From: an uncultured Thiomicrospira sp.
GTDB taxonomy: Bacteria; Pseudomonadota; Gammaproteobacteria; CAKMZV01
DNA length: 64,000 nucleotides
Assembly (NCBI GenBank): GCA_965195345.1
Contig: OZ239628.1
Location: 672,001 to 736,000 of the forward strand
Reading direction: 5' to 3'
Numbering within the stretch: position 1 is the stretch's first letter; the number at the start of each line of letters is the position of its first letter. Shown here piece after piece: positions 10,994-22,139 of the stretch. The notes below the pieces were generated by a model that was given only the letters and a program-made list of their open reading frames with translations, ran no database searches and was not told the DNA's origin. A program made the position numbers and the translations under genes.

Positions 10994-11666
10994 ATTCAAA
11001 GTCGATAGTTCGACTGACTTTTAGCAACAGTAATTGATCCGCCCCAGCAACGCCTTCTGTCTCGTTATATACGTACGAAATCGTCGCTATCGCTGCTCCA
11101 AATACGTCATAGTCATAGCCTATCCGTAAGTACTGATTGTCAGTATCAATTGTGGCATTAGTATCATTATATCCAACGTCCAATTTAAACATCAGCACCT
11201 TTGCGCCAAAGGAGATGTGGCGATATTCGGCAGTGTCATTGTTGCGTGCTCTTTCTTTTTGTCCCAAGTCAATGTTTAGATTGAAAAATGAAAAGCCGGT
11301 TTTTAGATTGAGCTCAACAGAGGGGTTATCAAATCTAGATGAAGTATAAGAAAAGTGTTGTCCACCTACAGCAAAGGACCAATCTTCAAAGCTTTTTTCA
11401 TAGCCTAAAAAGAACCTTCTTTCTAACCCTATAGCTACACTCGACAGATATCCGCCTACATAAATTCCGGTGTCAGAGTCATAATTGCCTCCTGCTCTTA
11501 CAGAGGGAGCCGATTGAATATTGTCACCTAAAGAACTACGAGAGAGACCTCTGAATTCATATAAACTATGCAACTCACCCGTTAAAGTAGACTTTGCTTG
11601 CATTTGTGTGGCAAAGCCCATCAATAAAAAAAACATTGAAACTCTAAAAAACATCATTATCTCCAA
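10977..11666 (-). CDS. putative outer-membrane beta-barrel protein (TorF/TIGR02001-like porin)
   Basis: Signal peptide, YEFRGLS similar to the family motif Y.FRG.S, and alternating beta-strand pattern. The true start may be the Met near 11657. Confidence 0.55.
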   Translation of the reverse strand: MEIMMFFRVSMFFLLMGFATQMQAKSTLTGELHSLYEFRGLSRSSLGDNIQSAPSVRAGGNYDSDTGIYVGGYLSSVAIGLERRFFLGYEKSFEDWSFAVGGQHFSYTSSRFDNPSVELNLKTGFSFFNLNIDLGQKERARNNDTAEYRHISFGAKVLMFKLDVGYNDTNATIDTDNQYLRIGYDYDVFGAAIATISYVYNETEGVAGADQLLLLKVSRTIDFEFIFEQ

Positions 11667-12346
11667 GTAAGAAAAGAAGTGGGGTTATTGTTTATTAATT
11701 CTTTAAACTGCTTTCTCGGTATGCTCACGCCACCAAGCAGCATCAAGTGCGGTGATTCAACTTGACCATCGACACAACTCCAATTATATCGTTGGGCTAA
11801 GTGCATGAGTGCTTGGAAAGCAACTTTTGACCCACCACTTTTTAGAGATACCATTGACTCACCAAAAAACATATTTCCAATGCCGATGCCGTAAATACCT
11901 CCGACCAAAGAGTCTTGCCATACTTCGATGCTATGCGCCCACCCTTTTATGTGTAGGTCTGTATAGATTTCGATGAATTTTTTTGAAATCCAACTGACAT
12001 TATCTTGAATCAAGTGGTTTTGCGAGGGCGCACGAGTTGCGCAGTGATGAATGACGCTTTCAAAAGAAGCATTTACTTTAATCTGATATTCGCCTAAATT
12101 CTTCACGGCGCGTTTGATTGTTTGATTACTACTCCATTGTTCGGGGAAAAAAACAAGCCTTGGATCAGGGCTAAACCAATAGGTTAAGCCGTGTTGCTCA
12201 TGCCATGGGAAAATCCCTTGTTGATATGCTGCAAGTGTACGAACAACTGTCATACTTTGACTAACAGCCACAAGACCTTCAGGATTTGCCTGCTCAATAG
12301 AAGGAAAAAGTTCTTCCGATAGATTGTTTGATAAGTACGGAATCAA
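11657..12346 (-). CDS. aat: leucyl/phenylalanyl-tRNA--protein transferase
   Basis: AYQQGIFPW, WFSPDPR, AHSIEVW, LVGGIYG, FFGESM, SKVA. Next to trxB as in other gammaproteobacteria. Confidence 0.93.
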   Translation of the reverse strand: MIPYLSNNLSEELFPSIEQANPEGLVAVSQSMTVVRTLAAYQQGIFPWHEQHGLTYWFSPDPRLVFFPEQWSSNQTIKRAVKNLGEYQIKVNASFESVIHHCATRAPSQNHLIQDNVSWISKKFIEIYTDLHIKGWAHSIEVWQDSLVGGIYGIGIGNMFFGESMVSLKSGGSKVAFQALMHLAQRYNWSCVDGQVESPHLMLLGGVSIPRKQFKELINNNPTSFLTWR

Positions 12347-12351
12347 AGAGC

Positions 12352-13921
<1,570 letters not shown>

Positions 13922-14133
13922 AACTTGTACTCATAAATTAGATGGGTTTTTGCATGAATATTTTTATACATATTGTTCTTATTGTGATGCAATTTTTGTG
14001 ACGAATAGTTATTAAACGGCATTGGTAAAAAATACCGATTAAACAACAAAAAAAACGTCACTTAGAGCAAAATTATCGTATTCCATAATCAATTGATAGG
14101 AATGCGTTAATACGTAAGCATCGGACTTTTTCC

Positions 14134-15453
14134 TTAGAAATCGGGATTTAACCCAATTGGAAAATTTGATAGTTTTTCATAGCCGTTATCTGTGATGAGT
14201 ATTTGTTCCTCGAGCTTGACCCCTTCACCACCTGATTTACGACCGATATAGCTCTCTACACAAAGTACCATGCCTGATTCTATAGTACCATCATAACCGT
14301 GTTCTTCCCACAAATCAGGGAAGGTAATGGAAGGGTATTCATCGCATAAACCCACGCCATGGACAAGTAATCCATACCGTCTAAACGTATTTGGACAAAT
14401 AGTGTGGGCTTTATGGGAATACTCTTTAAAGCTCATCCCAGGTTGTAATATTTCGGTATTTTTGTTAATTTGTTCGAGTGCTCGATCGTATAAGTCTTGT
14501 TGCTCTTGGGTTGGAGTGGTTCTATCAACAAGCCAAGACCTTGAGATGTCAACGCAAATTCCATAAGATCCGATTAGATCTGTATCAAAGGAGAGCATTT
14601 CACCTTTTTGAATTGGACGACTTGAAGATTCTTGAAACCAAGGATTAGTGCGCGGACCACAAGCCAGAATGCGAGTTTCGATCCATTCGCCACCGCGCTT
14701 TATATTTTCCGCATGCAAAATAGACCACAGATGATTTTCTGACATGCCTGAAGACATTTGGTCATACATTATGCGCATACTGTTCTCACATGCATCTATT
14801 GCACAGCGCATCGCCTTAATTTCTTCTTCCGATTTAATGACACGAGCAAGCTCCATAATTTGTTCACCATTGTGTAATTCAATGCCAGCTGCTTCCAATA
14901 AATGCGTGCCTTCGGGATTAAGTTTATCCACCGCTAAACGGCGATTCCCAGCGCCGTATTGATTGACTAAGTCGATAATCTCAAGTGACCAACGTTTGGA
15001 AAAGCGTTCCGTTTCGCAGCCAGAAGAAAAATAAAACCAAGGTTTTGCAGTACGAATTTCATCAATAAAAGGGTTATGGCTACTAAGATGTTCGCAGTCG
15101 TGATAGTCAAAAATGATTGCTGGACCATCAGCTGTTATAAAACAATATCGAGCGGTGTTATGCGCTGTCCATAGTTGCATGTTGGTGGAGTCGGTGCTAT
15201 AACGAACGTGCAGCGGGTCATACAATAATATGCCCATTAAATCGTGTTTGTGTAATTGTTCCCTTATTCTGTTGATTCGATACTCTTGTATCTTATTCAT
15301 TTCAGGAAGCGGAAGTCCTTTTTTTTGCCATTCGTTTATTGCAAGAGAACCAGGACCCAACACATGCATGTTGAGGGCGCGATCATAATCGTAAGGTAAC
15401 TTTGGTAATTGTCGATGCCCAATTTTGCTTAGATGGCGGTGTTCGTGCCTCAT
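14134..15453 (-). CDS. dddP: M24 metallopeptidase-family protein, DddP-like DMSP lyase
   Basis: Blocks matching Roseobacter DddP as I recall it: DSTNMQLW.AHN, HAENIKRGGEWIETR, GPRTNPWFQE, FDTDLIGSYGICVDISR, HGVGLCDE, GMVLCVE, KLEEQ. Confidence 0.75.
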   Translation of the reverse strand: MRHEHRHLSKIGHRQLPKLPYDYDRALNMHVLGPGSLAINEWQKKGLPLPEMNKIQEYRINRIREQLHKHDLMGILLYDPLHVRYSTDSTNMQLWTAHNTARYCFITADGPAIIFDYHDCEHLSSHNPFIDEIRTAKPWFYFSSGCETERFSKRWSLEIIDLVNQYGAGNRRLAVDKLNPEGTHLLEAAGIELHNGEQIMELARVIKSEEEIKAMRCAIDACENSMRIMYDQMSSGMSENHLWSILHAENIKRGGEWIETRILACGPRTNPWFQESSSRPIQKGEMLSFDTDLIGSYGICVDISRSWLVDRTTPTQEQQDLYDRALEQINKNTEILQPGMSFKEYSHKAHTICPNTFRRYGLLVHGVGLCDEYPSITFPDLWEEHGYDGTIESGMVLCVESYIGRKSGGEGVKLEEQILITDNGYEKLSNFPIGLNPDF

Positions 15454-15759
15454 TTAGGCAAAAGAATGCAAACAATCTTGCAAATCAGATACCCGAGCAT
15501 TTTCAATTTTTATTCCTTCGGATTGTAATAATTCTATTTTCTTCTTTTGACCGAGTGCATACTCGCCAACATCACCATTCTTTCGCACAACGCGGTGACA
15601 GGGTATTGTTATCAGTTTCTCGTTTTTTGCCATTGCGCTTCCAACAGCTCTATGAGCTGTTGAGTTAAGTGCTCTGGCAATTTCAGAATATGTTGTTACT
15701 TTTCCTTTCGGGATTTTTTTCAGCAAGTCGTAGCACCGCTGATCAAATTTAGCAGGCAT
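15454..15759 (-). CDS. methylated-DNA--protein-cysteine methyltransferase (short, C-terminal domain only)
   Basis: IPKGKVTTYSEIA, RAVG, IPCHRVV (active Cys retained), LQSEG. Confidence 0.85.
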   Translation of the reverse strand: MPAKFDQRCYDLLKKIPKGKVTTYSEIARALNSTAHRAVGSAMAKNEKLITIPCHRVVRKNGDVGEYALGQKKKIELLQSEGIKIENARVSDLQDCLHSFA

Positions 15760-15770
15760 AATTTCCCCCC

Positions 15771-16505
15771 TTAAAGTGGATTAGTCGGTTGATAACTATC
15801 GCAAAAATTGCGCACGAATTGAGCAAAAATTGCGCCCTCATTTGGTAGATTAACTGTATTCATTGCATCGGTATAAGTGGTTTCATTAAAACGATCTTTA
15901 ATAATGGGAAGCAGTGTCTGGAAGTACTCATTCGAAAACTCGGGATGACCTTGAATAGTAAGGATGTGATTACTGATAGTAAGTACTTCGTTTGGACAAA
16001 GATCATCACCGCTAATTACTGTACTATTTGGAGGAGGAATAGTTACTTGATCTTGATGAATATGTACTATATTTAAAGCACTCTTTTCATCGCCTAACCA
16101 AGGTTGATTCTTATCTAATTCAATATTACGCACACCTAAAACCCAGCCATTTTTTGAACATTCAACTTTGCCGCCCAATGCTTTGGCAATGACTTGATGT
16201 CCAAAACAAAACCCCACCAGTAGTTTTTTTGTTGCGTGTGCTTTTTGAATAAAGCGCTCAAGTTCGCGAATCCACTCGAAATCATCGTATGCAGCATGAA
16301 CACTACCCGTAATAAAGTACAGGTCAAATTCCTCGACGTGCTCAGGGAACTCATTTTCTGAAGTGCGAAATATTTTGAAATCCGCTTCAGGGAAAAACGG
16401 CTTGAAGAAAAGCAAATATTTAATGCCGTCGTTGGGGAAGTCAGGCTCTAACTCTTCGCGGTCTTTGTTGCAATTTAGTATGGCTATGGAACGTATGTGC
16501 ATCAA
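15771..16505 (-). CDS. class I glutamine amidotransferase-like protein
   Basis: ITGS, GFCFGHQ nucleophile elbow, QGHPE. Confidence 0.85.
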   Translation of the reverse strand: MMHIRSIAILNCNKDREELEPDFPNDGIKYLLFFKPFFPEADFKIFRTSENEFPEHVEEFDLYFITGSVHAAYDDFEWIRELERFIQKAHATKKLLVGFCFGHQVIAKALGGKVECSKNGWVLGVRNIELDKNQPWLGDEKSALNIVHIHQDQVTIPPPNSTVISGDDLCPNEVLTISNHILTIQGHPEFSNEYFQTLLPIIKDRFNETTYTDAMNTVNLPNEGAIFAQFVRNFCDSYQPTNPL

Positions 16506-16622
16506 ATTGATTATAAAACGCAGTTAAAGAAATAGCAATAGTTGATATCATCGTACCCACATTAAAAAGATTGCCGCATTTTCGACTTGATAAGGAGCTG
16601 TTAACGTATCGTTAAAGTAGTA

Positions 16623-18086
16623 TCAAATTGCTTGGATGGCTTTACCAACATAATCAGGTTTTGGTAGGTTATTTGCTTGCTGGTAAATCGTTTCAAGGCA
16701 ATTGTAAATATGCTTCTTAAATACACAAGCCTTGCTTTGTTGCGTATCAACGTGCAATAGCATTTGTTCGGCAGTAGCAAGTTGATTGTTGTGAGAATAC
16801 ATCTCATGGCACAGCCATATTCGTTTATTGTCAATCCCCAGTAATTGTGTTGTCACATGCAATGAATCGCCAAGTTTACAATCTTTCAGGTGGCGTAAAT
16901 GCGTTTCAACAGTATAGACAGAAAAGCCATTGTTTAAATAATCAGCATCAACACCTATCCGTTCAAGGAATGCATCGGTAGTGTATCCAAATACCTCTAA
17001 ATATGAACTTTCAGTCATGTGCTGGTTGTAATCGATGTATGAAGGTTTGACAAAGCTTTTATACAATTGCAATGGGTATTCATCTGTATTAAGGTGCGGT
17101 TTTTCTTGGGTAGGTGGTTCTGTGTTCAAGAATTTTCCAGCGCCCCAATTATTCTTTTTGAGCACTTTGAGAAAGCCAATAATGTTTTCATCGCGAATTC
17201 GCTCAAGTTGTTCAATAGAGTACTCGCCAGATTGCATATCCGATTGTTCAACAATGGTTTCTATTAACGATTCATCAAGATTAGGAACATTCATCAACTT
17301 TGTCCATTCAAATCCAAGTGCAGGACCAAATTGAGCAAGGAAATGACGCATGCCAGCCGTACCTCCTGCAATTCGGTAAGTTTCGAACAAACCCATTTGA
17401 GCCCAACGCAACCCAAAGCCATAAGTAATGGCATTGTCAAGTTCCTCAGTTGTGGTGATACCATCTTTAATTAGCCATAAAGACTCGCGCCAAACAGCTT
17501 CAAGAAGGCGGTCAGCTATGTGTGCAGGAATTTCCTTGCGCAATAGTAGGGGATACATTTGGATTGATTTAAATAGTGAAATGGCTTGTTCAGTGAGTTC
17601 TTTATTGTTGACGGGTGAGGTAACTACCTCGACTAACGGTAATAAATATACGGGATTGAACGGATGCGCAACGATTACGCGTTCAGGGTTTTTTAGTTGA
17701 TGTTGTAATTCCGAAGGCATAAACCCAGATGTTGAAGAACCAATGATTGCATTCTTAGGGGCTGATTCTTCTATTTGTTTATAAACTTTGGCTTTTATTT
17801 CAAGATTTTCAGGCACATTTTCTTGGATGTAGTGTGCATTTTGGACCGCTTTATCTAAAGTATCTACTATATATAGGCGCCCCTCTGGCTTATCCATCGA
17901 AAGAGATTTGTAAGCATGACGAGCGTTAAAACACATGCGATTGATGTTTTCTTCAGTGTTTTTTATCGGATCGTATAAATGGATATCGTAGCCATTGAGC
18001 AAAAAGCGCGTTGCCCAACCCGCTCCTATGACACCACCACCAATTATTGCTATATTATGTATACTCATATCTATAAACCCATGCAA
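16623..18086 (-). CDS. lcdH: L-carnitine dehydrogenase fused to a C-terminal thioesterase (hotdog) domain
   Basis: GGGVIGAGWATRF, SSTSG, HPFNPVYLLPLVE, IADRL, GLRWAQMG. The C-terminal DYNQHMTES and YTVETH motifs are thioesterase-like. Confidence 0.82.
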   Translation of the reverse strand: MHGFIDMSIHNIAIIGGGVIGAGWATRFLLNGYDIHLYDPIKNTEENINRMCFNARHAYKSLSMDKPEGRLYIVDTLDKAVQNAHYIQENVPENLEIKAKVYKQIEESAPKNAIIGSSTSGFMPSELQHQLKNPERVIVAHPFNPVYLLPLVEVVTSPVNNKELTEQAISLFKSIQMYPLLLRKEIPAHIADRLLEAVWRESLWLIKDGITTTEELDNAITYGFGLRWAQMGLFETYRIAGGTAGMRHFLAQFGPALGFEWTKLMNVPNLDESLIETIVEQSDMQSGEYSIEQLERIRDENIIGFLKVLKKNNWGAGKFLNTEPPTQEKPHLNTDEYPLQLYKSFVKPSYIDYNQHMTESSYLEVFGYTTDAFLERIGVDADYLNNGFSVYTVETHLRHLKDCKLGDSLHVTTQLLGIDNKRIWLCHEMYSHNNQLATAEQMLLHVDTQQSKACVFKKHIYNCLETIYQQANNLPKPDYVGKAIQAI

Positions 18087-18263
18087 AATGCATTATCAGA
18101 AAAATTATAGGAAGCGTCTTTGTGATAAAGACCCGATGTATTTTATCTTGTCCTAATTTATTGTGTGTGCGTTCAAAATAATTTTTTCTAGCTTAATGTT
18201 CCCTATTCAATCGGGGGGGTATAATGCCCGTTTTGAATGTACCCCAAAAATCCCACATAACGA

Positions 18264-21173
18264 ATGAATTTTTTCCAACGTATTGCCAACAGGCATTTTG
18301 AATCAATTGGTGTTGAATTAACCAGTTTTAGTCATCAATTAACGGGCGCAGTTCATCACCACTTTGCGTGTGATGATGAAGAAAATGTCTTCATGGTTGC
18401 TTTTCGAACCGTTCCCGAAGACTCGAGTGGCGTTGCTCATATTTTGGAGCATACGGTGTTGTGTGGCAGTGCTCGTTACCCAGTGAGAGATCCATTTTTC
18501 TTAATGACGAGACGCTCTTTGAATACCTTTATGAACGCATTCACTGCGAGTGATTGGACTGCATATCCTTTTGCCACGTGCAATCGTATAGATTTTTTTA
18601 ATCTGCTTGATGTGTACCTTGATGCGGCATTTTTTCCCAATATTGAAGCGTTAGATTTTGCTCAAGAGGGTTGGCGATACGATTTTGTTGATTCTGGAAA
18701 TATCGACTCAGACCTTATGTACAAAGGGGTCGTTTTCAATGAAATGAAAGGAGCAATGAGTACACAATCACGTATTCTCTGGCATAAATTATGTGCGCAC
18801 GTTTATCCCAATGTGACCTATCATCACAATAGTGGTGGTGATCCAGAAGACATCCCCAAACTGACGTGGGAACAATTAAAAGACTTTCATAAAAAGCATT
18901 ACCATCCTTCAAACGCTATATTTCTTACTTATGGTAATTTGGATGCAGAAACGTTACAAAAGGAATTTGAAGAAAAGGTGCTTTCGCAATTTCAACGAAC
19001 AGCTCCTGTGCCACTGGTTGCACTTGAAAAACCATTATCATCAGCATTATCTATTGAAGAAGAGTATGCATTGGATGAAGAAAAAATGGCAGCGCGAACG
19101 CACATTGTTGTCAGTTGGTTGTGGGGAGAGAGTTCTGATATAAAAAACGTATTGCGTGCACATTTGCTTAGTGGAGTATTATTTGATAATGGTGCAGCCC
19201 CGTTAAGAGAGGTTTTAGAGACGACAGAATTAGGCAAATCGCTCTCTCCAATTTGCGGGCTCGAAGATGAGCACAGACAAATGCAGTTTACACTTGGTCT
19301 CGAAGGAAGCGAAACACAGTATGCTGAAAAAGTAGAGCAGCTGATTCTGAATGCTCTAGAAGATATTGCTAACAATGGAGTTAACCAACACTTAGTCGAA
19401 GCCGTGTTGCATCAGCTGGAATTAGGTCAGCGGTCGATGGACTCAGGTGGTTATCCTTACGGACTAAGCCTCATAATGTCTGCTTTAACTGCAGCTATAC
19501 ATGGTGGTGACGTTGGAGATCGAGTAGATATTGACACCGCATTAAAGCATTTAAGGGAAGAATGTTCGAATCATGATTTTGTGCCTAATTTGATAAGAGA
19601 GTGGTTGTTAGAAAACACTCATCGAGTCACTTTAACTTTAAAACCAAATAACAAATTAAACGCACAGCAAGAGCAGGCTGAGAAGCAACGATTGCATGAA
19701 GCGCTTTTGGAAATGAGTGTAGAAGAAAAGAATAATATCGTTGAATTTAATTCTGTACTTGAAAAACATCAAATTGAAGAACAAGATAGCACATTGCTGC
19801 CCAAGGTTGGCATTGAGGATGTCAAAGAAAGGTTAGACGCGCCTGTAAAATACGCGCATGGCATTACACCTTTTGCATACACTTCCTACAAAGCAAGAAC
19901 AAATGGCTTGATATATGCTAATGCTTGGTTTGATTTGCCAAAATTAGATGCTAATGAACTTTCTTTATTACCTCTACTCGCAGGAATGATCGGAGAATTG
20001 GGTTCTGGTGGGCGTAATTATTTGCAGACTCAGGAGGCACAAGCGTTGTACACAGGAGGTATAGGTGCAAGCGTTTCTTTATCTGCACAAATAAGCGATG
20101 TGAATCACAATTGGGCACGGTTTGGTATTGGGGGGAAAGGGTTGGACCGCAATTTACAATCGTTTATGGACTTGTTGAGTGATACGCTTTGGAATGTTCG
20201 ATTTGACGAGCACCAGCGTATACTTGAATTACTGACACAGTGCCGCTATCAGATAGAGCAAGGTGTTGTGCAGCAAGGACATTTGCTTGCAATGAATGCG
20301 GCTTCAAGTCATTTCAATGCAATAGCGGGACAAAATTATAATTGGGGCGGTTTAAAAGGAATACAGCGCACTATACAGTATCAGAAAAAATTTGAAAAGC
20401 ACGGTGTTGCTGATTTCTCTGAGGATTTAAAAAAACTATATAGCCAAATAAATACAATAAAACCTGAATGGTTGTTGATCGGAGATGAAAAAGGAGTGGA
20501 TGATTTACAACAACAAATGACAACGTTCTCAGGAAAAGGTATCGAAAGTAAGCGCGAAAATTTCCTTAATCCTATTGAACATCAATCAGTCAATTTGGCG
20601 TGGAGCGTTTTTTCAAAAGTAAATTACTGCGCACATGCATATCCCGCTGTGCCTTCTGGGCATCAAGATGCACCAGTTTTATCGGTACTTGCTAATTTTT
20701 TACGCAATGGTTATCTACATACTGCTATACGCGAACAAGGAGGAGCATACGGAGGCGGTGCTCAATATGACTCTGAAAGTGCCAGTTTTCGTTTTTTCTC
20801 CTATAGAGACCCAAGATTGGAAGAAACATTGGCCGATTTCCGCCATTCTATACATTGGTTGTTTGATGCCAGCCATAATGAGGAAGCCTTGGAACAGGCT
20901 ATATTGAATGTGGTGTCAAAAATTGATGCTCCATCTAGCCCAGCTGGCGAAGTTAAAAAGTCCTTCTTTAGCTCTCTTGACGGTAGAACGCTTGCAATAC
21001 GCGAGAAATATCGTCAACAGGTTTTGAATACCACCTTAGATGATTTGCAAAGAGTAGCGAATAATTATTTAAAAGAAGAGCCTTCAAGTACGGTAGTCTG
21101 TTCAAAAAAAACCGCTGAAAATTTATCTGACAAAGGATTCGTTCATGAATCTATCAACGAAGAAAACAATTAA
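18264..21173 (+). CDS. M16C insulinase-family Zn metalloprotease (presequence protease-like)
   Basis: HILEH inverted Zn motif, RDPFF, TFMNAFT, GVVFNEMKG, IREQGGAYG, SYRDP. Confidence 0.92.
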   Translation: MNFFQRIANRHFESIGVELTSFSHQLTGAVHHHFACDDEENVFMVAFRTVPEDSSGVAHILEHTVLCGSARYPVRDPFFLMTRRSLNTFMNAFTASDWTAYPFATCNRIDFFNLLDVYLDAAFFPNIEALDFAQEGWRYDFVDSGNIDSDLMYKGVVFNEMKGAMSTQSRILWHKLCAHVYPNVTYHHNSGGDPEDIPKLTWEQLKDFHKKHYHPSNAIFLTYGNLDAETLQKEFEEKVLSQFQRTAPVPLVALEKPLSSALSIEEEYALDEEKMAARTHIVVSWLWGESSDIKNVLRAHLLSGVLFDNGAAPLREVLETTELGKSLSPICGLEDEHRQMQFTLGLEGSETQYAEKVEQLILNALEDIANNGVNQHLVEAVLHQLELGQRSMDSGGYPYGLSLIMSALTAAIHGGDVGDRVDIDTALKHLREECSNHDFVPNLIREWLLENTHRVTLTLKPNNKLNAQQEQAEKQRLHEALLEMSVEEKNNIVEFNSVLEKHQIEEQDSTLLPKVGIEDVKERLDAPVKYAHGITPFAYTSYKARTNGLIYANAWFDLPKLDANELSLLPLLAGMIGELGSGGRNYLQTQEAQALYTGGIGASVSLSAQISDVNHNWARFGIGGKGLDRNLQSFMDLLSDTLWNVRFDEHQRILELLTQCRYQIEQGVVQQGHLLAMNAASSHFNAIAGQNYNWGGLKGIQRTIQYQKKFEKHGVADFSEDLKKLYSQINTIKPEWLLIGDEKGVDDLQQQMTTFSGKGIESKRENFLNPIEHQSVNLAWSVFSKVNYCAHAYPAVPSGHQDAPVLSVLANFLRNGYLHTAIREQGGAYGGGAQYDSESASFRFFSYRDPRLEETLADFRHSIHWLFDASHNEEALEQAILNVVSKIDAPSSPAGEVKKSFFSSLDGRTLAIREKYRQQVLNTTLDDLQRVANNYLKEEPSSTVVCSKKTAENLSDKGFVHESINEENN

Positions 21174-21185
21174 AAGAGGGAGATT

Positions 21186-22031
21186 ATGAGTGCTCAAATA
21201 TTAGACGGAAAACTGGTGCGCGATTGCTTACTGAGTCAGTTGAAACAATCTATTGATGCCGCAATTAGCATTGGCAAGAAAGCACCTGGATTAGCCGTTA
21301 TTTTAGTTGGCGAAGACCCTGCGTCGAATGTTTATGTTGGTAGTAAAACGCGGACATGTGAGGCGATTGGTATTCGCTCATTTTCCCATCAATTGCCTGC
21401 TGAAACAACCGAAAAAGCGTTGCTTAAATTGATAGATGAATTGAATGAAAATGATGATGTGCATGGCATTCTCGTGCAACTGCCTCTTCCTGAACATATT
21501 AATTCTGATCAAGTGATTGAGCGCATTAAATACACTAAAGATGTGGATGGTTTTTTGCCTGCTAATATTGGCGCATTGGCTATTGATAGATCAGTGTTAT
21601 CGCCATGCACGCCTAAAGGAGTGATGACTTTGCTCAATCATTACAAAATTGACTTAGTAGGAAAAGAAGCGGTGGTTGTCGGTGCTTCACGCATTGTTGG
21701 GCGCCCTATGGCGTTGGAATTAGTTAATGCTCGTGCCACGGTCTCTATCTGTAGAAGTTCAACGCGTGATTTGAGAGGTCATGTAGCCCGTTCTGATATT
21801 GTTATAGCTGCGGCTGGAGTCCCAGAAATGGTTAAAGGCGATTGGATTAAGGAGGGAGCGGTTGTGATTGACGTAGGGATTCATAGGAGAGCGGATGGGA
21901 AATTGTGTGGCGATGTGGAATTCTCTGTGGCGAAGGACAGAGCCTCTTGGATTAGCCCCGTTCCGGGCGGCGTTGGTCCAATGACTATAGCTACTTTAAT
22001 GGAAAATACAGTTAAGGCGGCAGGGCTTTAA
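21186..22031 (+). CDS. folD: bifunctional methylene-THF dehydrogenase/cyclohydrolase
   Basis: GILVQLPLP, KDVDG, PCTPKG, VIDVGI, PVPGGVGPMT. Confidence 0.97.
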   Translation: MSAQILDGKLVRDCLLSQLKQSIDAAISIGKKAPGLAVILVGEDPASNVYVGSKTRTCEAIGIRSFSHQLPAETTEKALLKLIDELNENDDVHGILVQLPLPEHINSDQVIERIKYTKDVDGFLPANIGALAIDRSVLSPCTPKGVMTLLNHYKIDLVGKEAVVVGASRIVGRPMALELVNARATVSICRSSTRDLRGHVARSDIVIAAAGVPEMVKGDWIKEGAVVIDVGIHRRADGKLCGDVEFSVAKDRASWISPVPGGVGPMTIATLMENTVKAAGL

Positions 22032-22139
22032 TTTCTTTTCTTATTTTAAACTCATAAAAATACCCATGCAAGATGGGAACGCATTTTAATCAATCTGCGT
22101 TATAAGTAGAACGAATTCAATATTTTTTAATATAAGAGA

